From positions 768,001 through 832,000 of the forward strand of contig CAVUDW010000002.1 in the NCBI GenBank assembly GCA_963740355.1: a stretch of 64,000 nucleotides of DNA, read 5' to 3'. Shown here one piece after another: positions 1 through 12,036 of the stretch. The DNA is from an uncultured Gemmatimonadaceae bacterium (GTDB taxonomy: Bacteria > Gemmatimonadota > Gemmatimonadetes > Gemmatimonadales > Gemmatimonadaceae). Position 1 is the first letter of the stretch; each line of letters opens with the position of its first letter. The notes under the pieces are model-generated. The model made no database searches, was not told the DNA's origin, and saw only the letters and a program-made list of their open reading frames with translations. The position numbers were made by a program, and so were the translations under genes.

Positions 1-69
1 CTCAGCGCCACGGGAAATCACGATGCCCATCGGCTCATCATTCGGCAGCTGCATCTTCTTCTTCGCCAT
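1..69 (-). CDS. 5' part of a hypothetical protein running off the window edge (MAKKKMQLPNDEPMGIVISRGAE...)
   Basis: ATG at 69-67 on the minus strand preceded by a GGAGAGAG SD; open to position 1. Confidence 0.55.
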   Translation of the reverse strand, partial: MAKKKMQLPNDEPMGIVISRGAE

Positions 70-316
70 ACTCTCTCCGGATCGTCTCCCGGGATCACGA
101 TCCGCCACACATATGTATGAGTGTGATGCGGCCGGTAATCTGATGCCCGGGGCGCCAGCCTCTGGCGCGTGTCTGACGTGAGAAAGTGCATGACCGGTGC
201 CGCAAACTGACAATGCGTCTAAGTCATTGTTTGGCAATGACTTAGTGGACTTACGAGGTGCGAAATCAGCCTCGCCGTGTCGCCAAATGACACGGGAATG
301 TGTCTGGGCTGTGTCG

Positions 317-1102
317 TTACGCCACGCGTGGCTTGTGCAGCACGATCACGCCATCGCCGGTGTCTTCCGGCGTCCGCCAGCCGGGGTAGTTGGCGATCAG
401 GGAGCGAATCGACGCGGTCCCTCGCGATTCGTTCGGAACGCCTTCGATGTAGTGGACTCCACCCGCCGCGGTGGCATCCTGGAGGTGCGCGAGCACCCGT
501 TTCCGCCGCTCGGGCGACAGGGCGTCGAGCACCTGCGCATGCCAGATCACCGCTCGAACCGGCACCACCGGCAACCACTCATCGAGCCCATCCGCACAAC
601 CGATCACCTGCCCGGACAAGCCCGCCAGCGCGGCCGCGACCAACACCTTCGTCACCAGCTCCTCGTCGTCGAGCTCACCAATCGCGGTGACATGTGCCCC
701 GTGTGCTGCCAGATAGAGCGTGCGTTCCTCGACGTGCGGGCCCGCGACCACGACATGCGGATGATCCTGTGGCCGAACTGCATCCACCAGGTGCTGCGTC
801 GTCGCCATTCCCCAGTGGTCGGCGCGCCGAAACTGCTCGAGCATCTTGAGACGATTTCGCCGCCAGCGGTCATACGGCGGAATCTTCAGGCGACGCATGA
901 TCAACTCGTTCACGGCATCGCAGAGCACCAGTTCGCTCAACTCGAGCTGGGCGCCAGAACTCATCGCCGCCACTGCGTCATCTGCGAGCTTCAGCAGTGA
1001 ACTGCGTGGGATCGAGTCCTTGTACCGTTCGATCTCGAGATCGACGTAAGTCGCGTATTCGTGCTTGAGCGAGCGTGTCGGCGTCGACAGCAGCATAGGC
1101 AT
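317..1102 (-). CDS. Hypothetical protein with a degenerate SAM-methyltransferase-like C-terminal half
   Basis: ORF 317..1186, likely start MPMLLS at 1102; segment LYLAAHGAHVTAIG resembles TehB-type class I MTases but lacks a clean GxGxG. Confidence 0.6.
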   Translation of the reverse strand: MPMLLSTPTRSLKHEYATYVDLEIERYKDSIPRSSLLKLADDAVAAMSSGAQLELSELVLCDAVNELIMRRLKIPPYDRWRRNRLKMLEQFRRADHWGMATTQHLVDAVRPQDHPHVVVAGPHVEERTLYLAAHGAHVTAIGELDDEELVTKVLVAAALAGLSGQVIGCADGLDEWLPVVPVRAVIWHAQVLDALSPERRKRVLAHLQDATAAGGVHYIEGVPNESRGTASIRSLIANYPGWRTPEDTGDGVIVLHKPRVA

Positions 1103-1215
1103 CCGTGTGGTCAGCGTGCGCGGCAAGGTGCCTTGGCCGGTGCGTGAATGCAAGTGCATCGGGCATTCGTTCCCGGTCGTCGTCACTGGCGCGTCGTGCT
1201 ATTCATTCATGCCTG

Positions 1216-1995
1216 ATGCCAGAACTCCCTGAAGTCGAAGGTGCGGCGCGGTTCCTCAACACGCAGATCGCCGGCCGCACATTGCGATCCGTTGCATGGC
1301 TGCACCCGGCGCTCGAACGACATGTCGATCGACGCATCGACACGCTCGTCGGTCGCTGCGTGACCGATGTCGTTCGCGTGGCCAAGTGGCAGGAAGTCCG
1401 TTTTTCGGATGGCGCGGTGCTGGTGGTGCACTTCCGCATGACGGGCGACTGGGCGGTGTCGTCGCGCCCAGTGCCGCCGACGCACGCGCGCGCTCACTTC
1501 GCGTTCAGTGGTTCGCGCCACATCTGGCTGGTCGATCCGCGGGTGTTGGCGCGACTCGAACTGCGCCAGCCCGGTGATGTCGTGCGCGCCAGCCGCGTCG
1601 GACCGGATGCGCTGGACCCCGCGCTCGATGCCCGGCAATTGCGCGCCAGGATGGCGACGCGTCGAGCACCGATCAAGCAGGTGCTGCTCGACCAATCGGT
1701 GCTCGCCGGCGTCGGCAACATTTACGCGGCGGAGGCACTGTGGCATGCGCGAATCGACCCCGAGACGCCAGCGCGGCAGCTCTCGACGGCACGGGTCGAA
1801 CGTGTCCTCGCCGGCATTCGCTGGACGATGGGCCTCGCGTTCGAGCAGATGGGTCGTCACCAATACGGCGAAGCCACCGATCGATTCAGCGTCTACGATC
1901 GAGCAGGGCACCCATGTCCGCGGTGCACCACCCCGATCACGCGCATCACGCAAGGCCAGCGCTCCACATACCTCTGCAAACGCTGCCAGCGCTGA
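1216..1995 (+). CDS. mutM: Formamidopyrimidine-DNA glycosylase (Fpg)
   Basis: N-terminal MPELPEVE, HFRMTG, H2TH GVGNIYA and C-terminal CPRC...CKRC zinc finger. Confidence 0.95.
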   Translation: MPELPEVEGAARFLNTQIAGRTLRSVAWLHPALERHVDRRIDTLVGRCVTDVVRVAKWQEVRFSDGAVLVVHFRMTGDWAVSSRPVPPTHARAHFAFSGSRHIWLVDPRVLARLELRQPGDVVRASRVGPDALDPALDARQLRARMATRRAPIKQVLLDQSVLAGVGNIYAAEALWHARIDPETPARQLSTARVERVLAGIRWTMGLAFEQMGRHQYGEATDRFSVYDRAGHPCPRCTTPITRITQGQRSTYLCKRCQR

Positions 1996-2043
1996 TACTT
2001 ACGCGCAGTGTTCAATGTGATCACCGGCGATCGGGAGCGCGCT

Positions 2044-2143
2044 GGCAGTTTTGCGGCTGTCGCAGTTCCCCTAGGCAGTTTTGCGTTTAGGCCGTTCAGC
2101 CGTGCAGTTCTCTGCGTCTTTGCGCCCCTGCGATTCGCAGTTC
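2044..2143. repeat. Intergenic GCAGTT-rich repeat patch with a solo arm of the 8-nt-periodic IR family
   Basis: GCAGTT at 2045, 2062, 2075, 2104, 2137; GCAGTTCTCTGCGTCTTTGCGCCCCTGCG (2104-2132) resembles the arm at 49224. Confidence 0.6.
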
Positions 2144-2162
2144 CGTCGTGCGAGGAGTGCCG

Positions 2163-3344
2163 CTATGCCATTGCCTCGAGCAGCGCTCCCTTGAGGTAGC
2201 CAGTCTCGGGAACGGTGAGCAGGATCGGGTGATCGAGTGGCTGGGTGGTGATCTGGCGGATGGCGATGTTGCGTCCGCTTTCGGCGGCGGCGTATTCGAG
2301 CAGCTCGAGGAAGTCGGGGACGTGGACGTGGTGGCTGCAGCTAGCGGTGAACATCAGGCCACCCGGCGTGAGCAGCTGCATGGCGATGCGATTGATGTCG
2401 GCATATCCGCGCATCGCGTGGGAGACCGACGACCGGTTCTTGGCGAAGGCAGGTGGATCGACCACGATCGTGTCGAAACGATCGCCACGTGCCTTCGCTT
2501 CGCGGAGATATTCGAAGGCATCGGCGACAATCGGCGTGATGTTGCTGTAGCCATTGAGTGCGGCGTTTTCCGTGGCGCGATCGAGTGCGGCGGCGGAGGC
2601 GTCCACGGCGGTCACGTGTTCGGCGTTGCGCGCGAGGTGCAGCGCGAAGGAGCCGTGATAGCTGAAGCAGTCGAGTGCACGACCGCGCGCCAGCGATCCG
2701 ATCAGCACACGGTTCTCCCGCTGATCGAGGAAGGCCCCCGTCTTTTGGCCGGTGCGCAAGGCTGCCAGGTACTGGATGCCGTGCTCGTTGATCTTGACCG
2801 TGTCCGGCACCGTCCCGGCCAGCACTTCCACCGTGCGCTCGAGGCCCTCGCGTGTGCGGACGGCGGGGTCGTTGCGCGCGAGCATGCCGCGCGGCGCGAC
2901 GAGCGACTGCAGCGCCGCGATGATGTGCGCGCGCTGCGTCTCGAGTCCGGCGCTGAGGAGCTGCAGTACGAGGATGTCGTCGTAGCGATCGACGACGAGG
3001 CTGGGCAGGCCATCGCCTTCGCCATGTACGAGGCGGCAGGCGGTGGTGTGGGCGGCGAGCGGTGCGCGTCGTGCGATCGCGCGCGCCAGCGCGGCGTGCC
3101 ACCAGGCAGCATCGACGACGACATCGGGATCGGCTTCGAGCCGTCGGATCGTGATCTCGGAGGTCGGGCTGTAGAGCGCGGTGCCGAGCTTTCGGCCACC
3201 CGGGCCGCGGACATCGATCAGGCCGGCGTCGACGCGTGGGGCAGTGGCGATGTCGCTGCGGAAGATCCACGGATGGCCGCGGAGCAGGCGTTCGGCGCCG
3301 CGCGAGCCGAGGGTGGCGATCGGGAGTTTCGATGGTGGAGTCAT
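2163..3344 (-). CDS. rlmI: Class I SAM-dependent rRNA methyltransferase, RlmI/YccW-like
   Basis: PUA-like GHPWIF, GEGDGLPSLVVDRY, GQKTGAFLDQRENR, LDCFSYHGSF, DPPAF, SCS motifs. Confidence 0.85.
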   Translation of the reverse strand: MTPPSKLPIATLGSRGAERLLRGHPWIFRSDIATAPRVDAGLIDVRGPGGRKLGTALYSPTSEITIRRLEADPDVVVDAAWWHAALARAIARRAPLAAHTTACRLVHGEGDGLPSLVVDRYDDILVLQLLSAGLETQRAHIIAALQSLVAPRGMLARNDPAVRTREGLERTVEVLAGTVPDTVKINEHGIQYLAALRTGQKTGAFLDQRENRVLIGSLARGRALDCFSYHGSFALHLARNAEHVTAVDASAAALDRATENAALNGYSNITPIVADAFEYLREAKARGDRFDTIVVDPPAFAKNRSSVSHAMRGYADINRIAMQLLTPGGLMFTASCSHHVHVPDFLELLEYAAAESGRNIAIRQITTQPLDHPILLTVPETGYLKGALLEAMA

Positions 3345-3511
3345 GTCGACCGGAGCCTAGTCACCTCGTCGGTCACATGCGTGCTGCGGTGGGCTGCGGT
3401 GGGCTGTGGTGCCCTACGGTGTGCGGCCGTGTGTGCTCTTGCGAGCGGTGCATGTCGACGGCGCATCTCGGTGCATTTCGCCTGTCTCAGCAATTGATGT
3501 CCTCAGCCCCC

Positions 3512-3539
3512 TTGACCCAAAGTTTGAGTCGACTACTTT
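3512..3539 (+). promoter_or_regulatory. Sigma-70-type promoter of the 23S-5S unit
   Basis: TTGACC-N16-TACTTT about 200 nt upstream of 23S; boxA-like TGTTTGATAA at 3611-3620. Confidence 0.7.
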
Positions 3540-3740
3540 CTTCAGACTCCCCGGGACAATGACCCGGGACGCTGCACGGAAGGGCGCAAGCACGGAAGCG
3601 CAGCGGACGATGTTTGATAATGGAAAGAGTGTGGAGATCGTGGGAAGTGAATCCCATCGTTGACTGGGCACGGCAACGTGTCTATCGCGATGAAGTGATT
3701 GCAGTGTGCATGAATGCGCATGCACGGCTTGACCGGTTAG

Positions 3741-6690
<2,950 letters not shown>

Positions 6691-6932
6691 CAATACTGTG
6701 ACCAGCACGCAAAAGCCTGGTCACTTACGCAACTCGGTTGCGTCGCCGTGTATGCAATGCACACCGCGAAGACAGCGACAGCTGTCACCACTACACCATG
6801 ATCTCCACACACTTCCATTGTCATCTTCGCAACGACTGACACCACCGTCGTTGCACGCCATTCCCGATACGCGAACCATTGCGCATCGGTGGGCTGCAGG
6901 ATACTTTAGATGTATAGCAGTTTTTGACAATA

Positions 6933-7050
6933 CGCTGGCGACTAGAGCGTCGGGGCCACACTCGTTCCCATTCCGAACACGATCGTTAAGCCCGACAGCG
7001 CCGATGGTACTCCGGCCGCGAGGTCGCGGGAGAGTAGGCCGTCGCCGGCA
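6933..7050 (+). rRNA. rrf: 5S ribosomal RNA
   Basis: CCCATTCCGAACAC, GCGCCGATGGTACT, GGGAGAGTAGG motifs; terminal helix GCTGGCGAC/GTCGCCGGC. Confidence 0.97.
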
Positions 7051-7060
7051 CCTTTTGATG

Positions 7061-7096
7061 AAGCCCCGGATCACTCCACGTGATCCGGGGCTTTGT
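7061..7096 (+). terminator. Intrinsic terminator after 5S
   Basis: 14-bp stem AAGCCCCGGATCAC/GTGATCCGGGGCTT followed by T residues. Confidence 0.8.
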
Positions 7097-7168
7097 CGTT
7101 CCTGCATACTCGATCCGGCACAACACAACCACACCGATCGCGCCAACAAAGCCGACACCGCACGACCG

Positions 7169-7771
7169 TCAGCCGAACGCCGCCACCAGTGCCGACGCAG
7201 CCACACCGGGATCCGACGCGCCCAACACGGCCCGGATCACCGCCACACCCGACGCGCCGGCACCACGCAGCGACGCCGCCGACTCGGCATCGATCCCGCC
7301 GATCGCAATCGCGGGCCGGCTGCACGCCACCGCCAGGCGATGGAACCCCTCCACCCCAAGCGACGCGTCGCCAGCACCAAGTACAGGACCGATCGTCACG
7401 TAGTCCGCCAGCTCCGCACTCTCCAGATCCGACGCAATAGACACCGAGCCGCCCACCAGGAATGTCGGCGGTACCTGCGTCCGAACTGCCACGACCGGCA
7501 TGCTCGATGACGTCAGATGCACGCCCGCAGCGCCACACGCCAACGCGACATCGAGGCGTTCACTGACGATCACCGGCACGGTCAATCCGCGAACGAGTGC
7601 GCGACCGACTTCCACCAATGTCACGGCGTCCGCATGTTTCAGGCGCAACAGCACCATCGTGGCGCCGCCTCGCTCTGCCGCCTGCGCACGCAGCACCAAG
7701 CCCTCGGTGCCGTCGCGAAGGTCATCGGTGATCGCGCACAGCCGAAGCCGTGGGTCATCATGGTTGATCAT
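7169..7771 (-). CDS. thiE: Thiamine-phosphate synthase
   Basis: LCAITD, LRLK, RLDVALACGAAGVHL, DYVTIGPV, IAIGGI, GASGVAVIRAV motifs. Confidence 0.85.
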   Translation of the reverse strand: MINHDDPRLRLCAITDDLRDGTEGLVLRAQAAERGGATMVLLRLKHADAVTLVEVGRALVRGLTVPVIVSERLDVALACGAAGVHLTSSSMPVVAVRTQVPPTFLVGGSVSIASDLESAELADYVTIGPVLGAGDASLGVEGFHRLAVACSRPAIAIGGIDAESAASLRGAGASGVAVIRAVLGASDPGVAASALVAAFG

Positions 7772-7786
7772 GTCACCGAGGTTCGC

Positions 7787-8176
7787 GTGGACGGATTTTC
7801 GCTACCTGCCGGACCATTGGTTCCTGTCCGCCTCGCGACAACCTGTCGCGAAAACAGCGTGTCGGCAATCGACGATGCCGTCCGTGAGATGCTGCAGACC
7901 TTCCTCGATCGCAACACCTGCGAGCGCGGTGAGGTGCAGGCCGTGATCTTCACCGCCACCAGCGACCTGCGTGCGACGAAGCCCGCGACCGCCGCACGCC
8001 GCGCCGGGTGGGAACACGCACAATTTCTCTGCCTGGCGGAAATGCCGACGGATGACGACGTGCCGCTCTGTCTGCGTGCACTCCTGCTGGTCGCACGAAG
8101 CGCCGCGGCCGAGCCGCTGAAGCCCGTCTATCTCCACGGTGCTCGGGCACTCCGTCCCGATCTGGCATCCGAGTAG
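7787..8176 (+). CDS. aroH: AroH-type chorismate mutase
   Basis: RLATT, VIFTATSDLRATKPATAAR, EM, C.R.L, VYLHGARALRPDL match AroH; start is GTG 7787 (GAGG SD) or ATG 7760. Confidence 0.8.
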   Translation: MDGFSLPAGPLVPVRLATTCRENSVSAIDDAVREMLQTFLDRNTCERGEVQAVIFTATSDLRATKPATAARRAGWEHAQFLCLAEMPTDDDVPLCLRALLLVARSAAAEPLKPVYLHGARALRPDLASE

Positions 8177-8205
8177 CTCCACCCGCAAGCGATGACGAAG
8201 CGGAC

Positions 8206-9228
8206 CTACTTCGCCGTCCCTGCGTCTCGTGCGAGCCGAGAAGCCTTCACCGCCGCATTGTGTTCGGCCAGCGTGCGCGAGAACTGCGAGTGTCCGTCGG
8301 GGAACGCAACGAAGTAGAGCGCGTCCGTGTCAGCTGGCGCGATCGCGGCCGCCAGACTCTCCGTGCCCGGTGACGCAATCGGGCCCGGGGGCAGGCCAGC
8401 CACGCGATACGTGTTGTACGGTGACTCGGTCCTCAGGTCGGCATACAACACACGCTTGGCCACCAGCCCCATCGCGTACAGCACCGTCGGATCGGCTTGC
8501 AGTCGCATCCCTTTCCGCAGTCGGTTGAGGTACACCGCCGCGATCATCGGCCGATCGCTGCTGCGCCCCGCTTCCTTCTCCACGATCGACGCCAGCGTCA
8601 CCAGCTCCTGGCGACTCCGCCCTTGGCTCTTCAGCGTGCTGTCCCACGCGCTCTTCCATCGGCGGTCGAACGTGAGCAACATCGTGTCGACGACGCCGGC
8701 CGCCGTGACGCTCTCGAAGAACTCGTAGGTCGCGGGGAAGAGGTAGCCCTCGACGTCGGCCGCCGTGGTGGACATACGCGCGCGGCGGGCCGAGTCTTTC
8801 GTTGCCACCAGGATCGACTCCACTGGGATGCGCAACGAATCGTTGACCAGCTTTGCGATCTGGCGGATTCCCCATCCTTCGGGAATCGTGAGACGATGAA
8901 ACCGCCCAGTGCCGGTGCGCAGCTGCAGCAGCACGTCGCGTACGGTGCCGCCCCGGGTGATCAGGTAGCGGCCCGGTACCACCCTGCCTCCGCCGTTCAC
9001 CGCCGCCCAGACGCGAAACAACATCGCCGAGCGAATGACGCGTGCGCTGCGCAGGCTGTCGGCGGCCGATGCAAGCGTGGATGACGCAGGGAGATTGACG
9101 CGCGCCACGCTGCCGGCACGACCCACCCAGGTATTCAGCATGACCGCCGAGACGCAGGCGATCAACACGACGACAACGACAGCAGCAACACCCACGACAC
9201 CCATCCCGCGGTTTCGTCGGCGCGCCAT
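8206..9228 (-). CDS. mltG: Endolytic transglycosylase MltG (YceG)
   Basis: N-terminal TM, TIPEG, EGYLFPATY, LASIVEKE, NRL..GMRLQADPT, SPYNTY..GLPPGPI. Confidence 0.95.
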   Translation of the reverse strand: MARRRNRGMGVVGVAAVVVVVLIACVSAVMLNTWVGRAGSVARVNLPASSTLASAADSLRSARVIRSAMLFRVWAAVNGGGRVVPGRYLITRGGTVRDVLLQLRTGTGRFHRLTIPEGWGIRQIAKLVNDSLRIPVESILVATKDSARRARMSTTAADVEGYLFPATYEFFESVTAAGVVDTMLLTFDRRWKSAWDSTLKSQGRSRQELVTLASIVEKEAGRSSDRPMIAAVYLNRLRKGMRLQADPTVLYAMGLVAKRVLYADLRTESPYNTYRVAGLPPGPIASPGTESLAAAIAPADTDALYFVAFPDGHSQFSRTLAEHNAAVKASRLARDAGTAK

Positions 9229-9230
9229 CG

Positions 9231-9683
9231 TCAGTCCTCGCTCACGACGGCACTGGCGGGCATCACGGCCCCGCCATTGAGCACTGCCTGCAGCAGCATG
9301 GCCGCCGTCATCGCGTCGATGTCATGTCGGTGATCGCCGACCTTTCCGCCGGCTTCGTGTAGCGCGCGGTGCGTTCGCGCCGTCGAGTAGCGCTCGTCGA
9401 CGAACGACACGGGACGACCGCTGCGCTCGGTGATCGCCAGCGCGACAGCGCGCACCTCGGCGCAGCGCGGCGTCTCGTTCCCATCGCCATCGAGCGGCAA
9501 TCCCATCACCACCGCGTCAACCTCGCCAATCTCGTCCATCCGCCGGAGAAGCTCTGCCACCGGCGGTCGCTTGCCCGCGCGCCGCACGATCACACCGGCG
9601 GGCGTGGCGAGCATGCGCAGTTCATCACTGGCCGCCAGGCCGATCCGGCGATCTCCCCAGTCGATTGCGAGCAGGCGTCCCAT
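9231..9683 (-). CDS. ruvX: Holliday junction resolvase-like / pre-16S nuclease YqgF
   Basis: LAIDWGDRRIGLA, VMGLP, DERYST, IDAMTA motifs. Confidence 0.93.
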   Translation of the reverse strand: MGRLLAIDWGDRRIGLAASDELRMLATPAGVIVRRAGKRPPVAELLRRMDEIGEVDAVVMGLPLDGDGNETPRCAEVRAVALAITERSGRPVSFVDERYSTARTHRALHEAGGKVGDHRHDIDAMTAAMLLQAVLNGGAVMPASAVVSED

Positions 9684-9688
9684 CCCGG

Positions 9689-10993
9689 TCAGCGCTCCAT
9701 GTCGGCGAAGAATTCGCGATTGTTCGCGCTGCGCTTCAGTCGCTGGATGAGGAACGCCATGGCGTCTTCCTTCTCCATGTCGGCGAGGTAGCTGCGCAAG
9801 AGCATGATGCGATTCTGCTCGACCTGATCGAGCAACATCTCATCGCGGCGCGTGCCGGACTTCCCGATGTCGATGGCTGGGAAGACTCGACTCGCCGCGA
9901 TACCGCGGTCGAGCACGATCTCCATGTTCCCGGTGCCCTTGAACTCCTCGAAGATCACCTCGTCCATGCGTGATCCCGTGTGGATGAGGGCGGTCGCGAT
10001 GATCGTCAACGAGCCGCCGCCGGCAATTCGTCTTGCCGAGCCGAAGAACTTTTTCGGCTTCTGCAGTGCACGAGCGTCGACACCGCCGCTCATGATACGG
10101 CCGTTGTTCGGCAGCACGTTGTTGTGAGCACGACCGAATCGCGTGATGGAGTCCAACAGCAGAACTACGTCCTTGCCCTGCTCGACGAGACGCTTGGCCC
10201 GCTCGATGGCCAGGTCGCCGACGTGTACGTGACGGGTTGGCGGCTCATCGAAGGTCGAACTGATGACCTGCGCGCCGGGCACCGTGGCGCGGAAGTCGGT
10301 GACTTCCTCCGGACGCTCGTCGATCAACAGCACGATCACCGCGATGTCAGGATAGTTTCGGCGAATCGACGTCGCGATCTGGTGCAGCATGATCGTCTTG
10401 CCGGTACGCGGTGGTGCCACGATCAGTCCGCGCTGTCCCTTGCCGATCGGTGAGACCAAGTCGACCACACGCAGCGAGAGTGGGCAGTCGGGGTATTCCA
10501 GCCGAAGTCGCTCATCGGGATACTTGACCGGAAGCGAGTCGAACTCCGCACGTGCCGGCCCGATCTCGGGCTCTGCGCCATTGACCTCTTCGAGGCGCAG
10601 CAGCGCAAGGAACTTCTCCCACTGGCGGGGGGGGCGGATCGACCCGCGCAGCCAATCGCCAGCGCGCAGGTTGAAGCGCCGCACCTGCGCCGACGAGACG
10701 TACACGTCGTCGGGACTTGGCGCAAAGTTCCAGTCCTGATACCGGATGAACCCGTGCCCACCCTTCTCGAGGTCGAGCACCCCTTCGGCCACCAGCTGCT
10801 CGCGGTTACGCAGCATGGCGAGCTCGATGCGATGAATCAGGTCGGGGACACGCAGCCCGGGCTCGTTGGGAACTCCGAGCGCATCGGCACGCACGACCAA
10901 TTGTTCAAAGTGGAGCTTCTTCAGCTCCGACGTTTCGAGAGGCATTCGTTGGGGGCGCGTCGCGTCGGTGGCGTCGCGGGTACCGGCATTCAT
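9689..10993 (-). CDS. rho: Transcription termination factor Rho
   Basis: GFIR, DVYVS, PIGKGQRGLIVAPPRTGKT, LLIDERPEEVTD, FEEFKGTGNME, SGTRRDE. Confidence 0.97.
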   Translation of the reverse strand: MNAGTRDATDATRPQRMPLETSELKKLHFEQLVVRADALGVPNEPGLRVPDLIHRIELAMLRNREQLVAEGVLDLEKGGHGFIRYQDWNFAPSPDDVYVSSAQVRRFNLRAGDWLRGSIRPPRQWEKFLALLRLEEVNGAEPEIGPARAEFDSLPVKYPDERLRLEYPDCPLSLRVVDLVSPIGKGQRGLIVAPPRTGKTIMLHQIATSIRRNYPDIAVIVLLIDERPEEVTDFRATVPGAQVISSTFDEPPTRHVHVGDLAIERAKRLVEQGKDVVLLLDSITRFGRAHNNVLPNNGRIMSGGVDARALQKPKKFFGSARRIAGGGSLTIIATALIHTGSRMDEVIFEEFKGTGNMEIVLDRGIAASRVFPAIDIGKSGTRRDEMLLDQVEQNRIMLLRSYLADMEKEDAMAFLIQRLKRSANNREFFADMER

Positions 10994-11109
10994 GCGTGAG
11001 TGACGCGGCCGGGGAAGAAAACGGTGAGCATCGGCACAGCGGGAGTCGTGGCATCCCGTCGCTGCGTGCTCAGGCGGACAACGAGCTGAACGTGCGAACG
11101 GTGGAGCGA

Positions 11110-11183
11110 TGCGCCTGACAGGATTCGAACCTGTGACCTTCGGCTCCGGAGGCCGACGCTCTATCCAGCTGAGCTACAGACGC
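11110..11183 (-). tRNA. tRNA-Arg(CCG)
   Basis: GCGTCTGTAGCTCAGCTGGATAGAGC...CT-CCG-GA...GGTTCGAATCC; no encoded CCA. Confidence 0.95.
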
Positions 11184-11344
11184 GTTGCCGACGAATCGGC
11201 AGAACTCAAAACATAACCGTCCGGCCGAGCCCGCGAAACCAGAGAGGGCTGTTCGAAAGGCCCGTCGCAGGCTGGAGGCCGGCCGCCCGTGGTGGGGGGA
11301 CGGCGACCAGGCGAGCGACAATCAGCCGACTGACGCCCAGCGGC

Positions 11345-11833
11345 TTAGCGGGGGGCCGACATGTTGGGCGGGGCAAAGTTGCCGCAGGCGATCATCCGGT
11401 CGCTGTTCTCGTTCGAGGCGAAGACGGCCACCATGTAGTCGCCCGTGGTCGGGAAGGCCATGTCTGACGTCATGTCGGCCTTGGCCTTGCCGTCGCTTCC
11501 GACCTTCAAGCGGTTGCCATCGTTCACCCGAACCAGCTCGGCGCCGCTCATTCCGCACTGACCGGCGCGAAGCACCCATGGATGCTCGCCGCCGGGCACC
11601 ATGTTGCCGAGCTCGACATCGATGCGCGTGCGTCGCCCGGCATCCACCGACGTGATCCAGGAACGCCCCTGGGCGGAGATGATGCCCTGCATCGAAGCCG
11701 GCGTCGTCAGGTTCGCATTCCATCGTGTCGCGACGACGTTGTCGACCGGGGTGATCTCAGCCACCGGCTTCCTCGCACACGCGGACATGCCAACCAGTGC
11801 AATCGTTCCAAGCATCTTCAGTGTCGTGTTCAT
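11345..11833 (-). CDS. Hypothetical lipoprotein (beta-sandwich, possibly Cu/Zn-SOD-like fold without metal ligands)
   Basis: GGAGG SD, lipobox MSAC, HPW..R.GQCG and terminal IACGN motifs. Confidence 0.7.
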   Translation of the reverse strand: MNTTLKMLGTIALVGMSACARKPVAEITPVDNVVATRWNANLTTPASMQGIISAQGRSWITSVDAGRRTRIDVELGNMVPGGEHPWVLRAGQCGMSGAELVRVNDGNRLKVGSDGKAKADMTSDMAFPTTGDYMVAVFASNENSDRMIACGNFAPPNMSAPR

Positions 11834-11862
11834 ATGGCCTCCAAAGCCGTAACCACAAATGC

Positions 11863-11904
11863 AAAAAAGGCGACTCGGATCCGTGAGGATTCCAGAGTCG
11901 CCTT
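11863..11904 (-). terminator. Intrinsic terminator/attenuator 30 nt upstream of the lipoprotein start
   Basis: Minus strand AAGGCGACTC...GAGTCGCC-TTTTTT. Confidence 0.75.
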
Positions 11905-11973
11905 CGTCTCGCGGATCAATGATCTCCGCGCGATAAGGTGGGGCCCGTCGTGCGCCCTTGAGCTACACCCTGC

Positions 11974-12002
11974 AGCGTATCGGGTTCATGCGTGCGACAC
12001 AA
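11974..12002 (-). promoter_or_regulatory. Putative sigma-70 promoter for a ~105-nt leader or sRNA
   Basis: TTGTGT-N17-TACGCT on the minus strand. Confidence 0.45.
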
Positions 12003-12036
12003 GGCGCAGCGTGACACTTCACAACCGTATGCGAAT

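Noticed and set aside
10627..10634. G8 homopolymer in rho as a phase-variation site
   Set aside because: In frame (encodes Pro-Pro-Arg) in a conserved housekeeping gene
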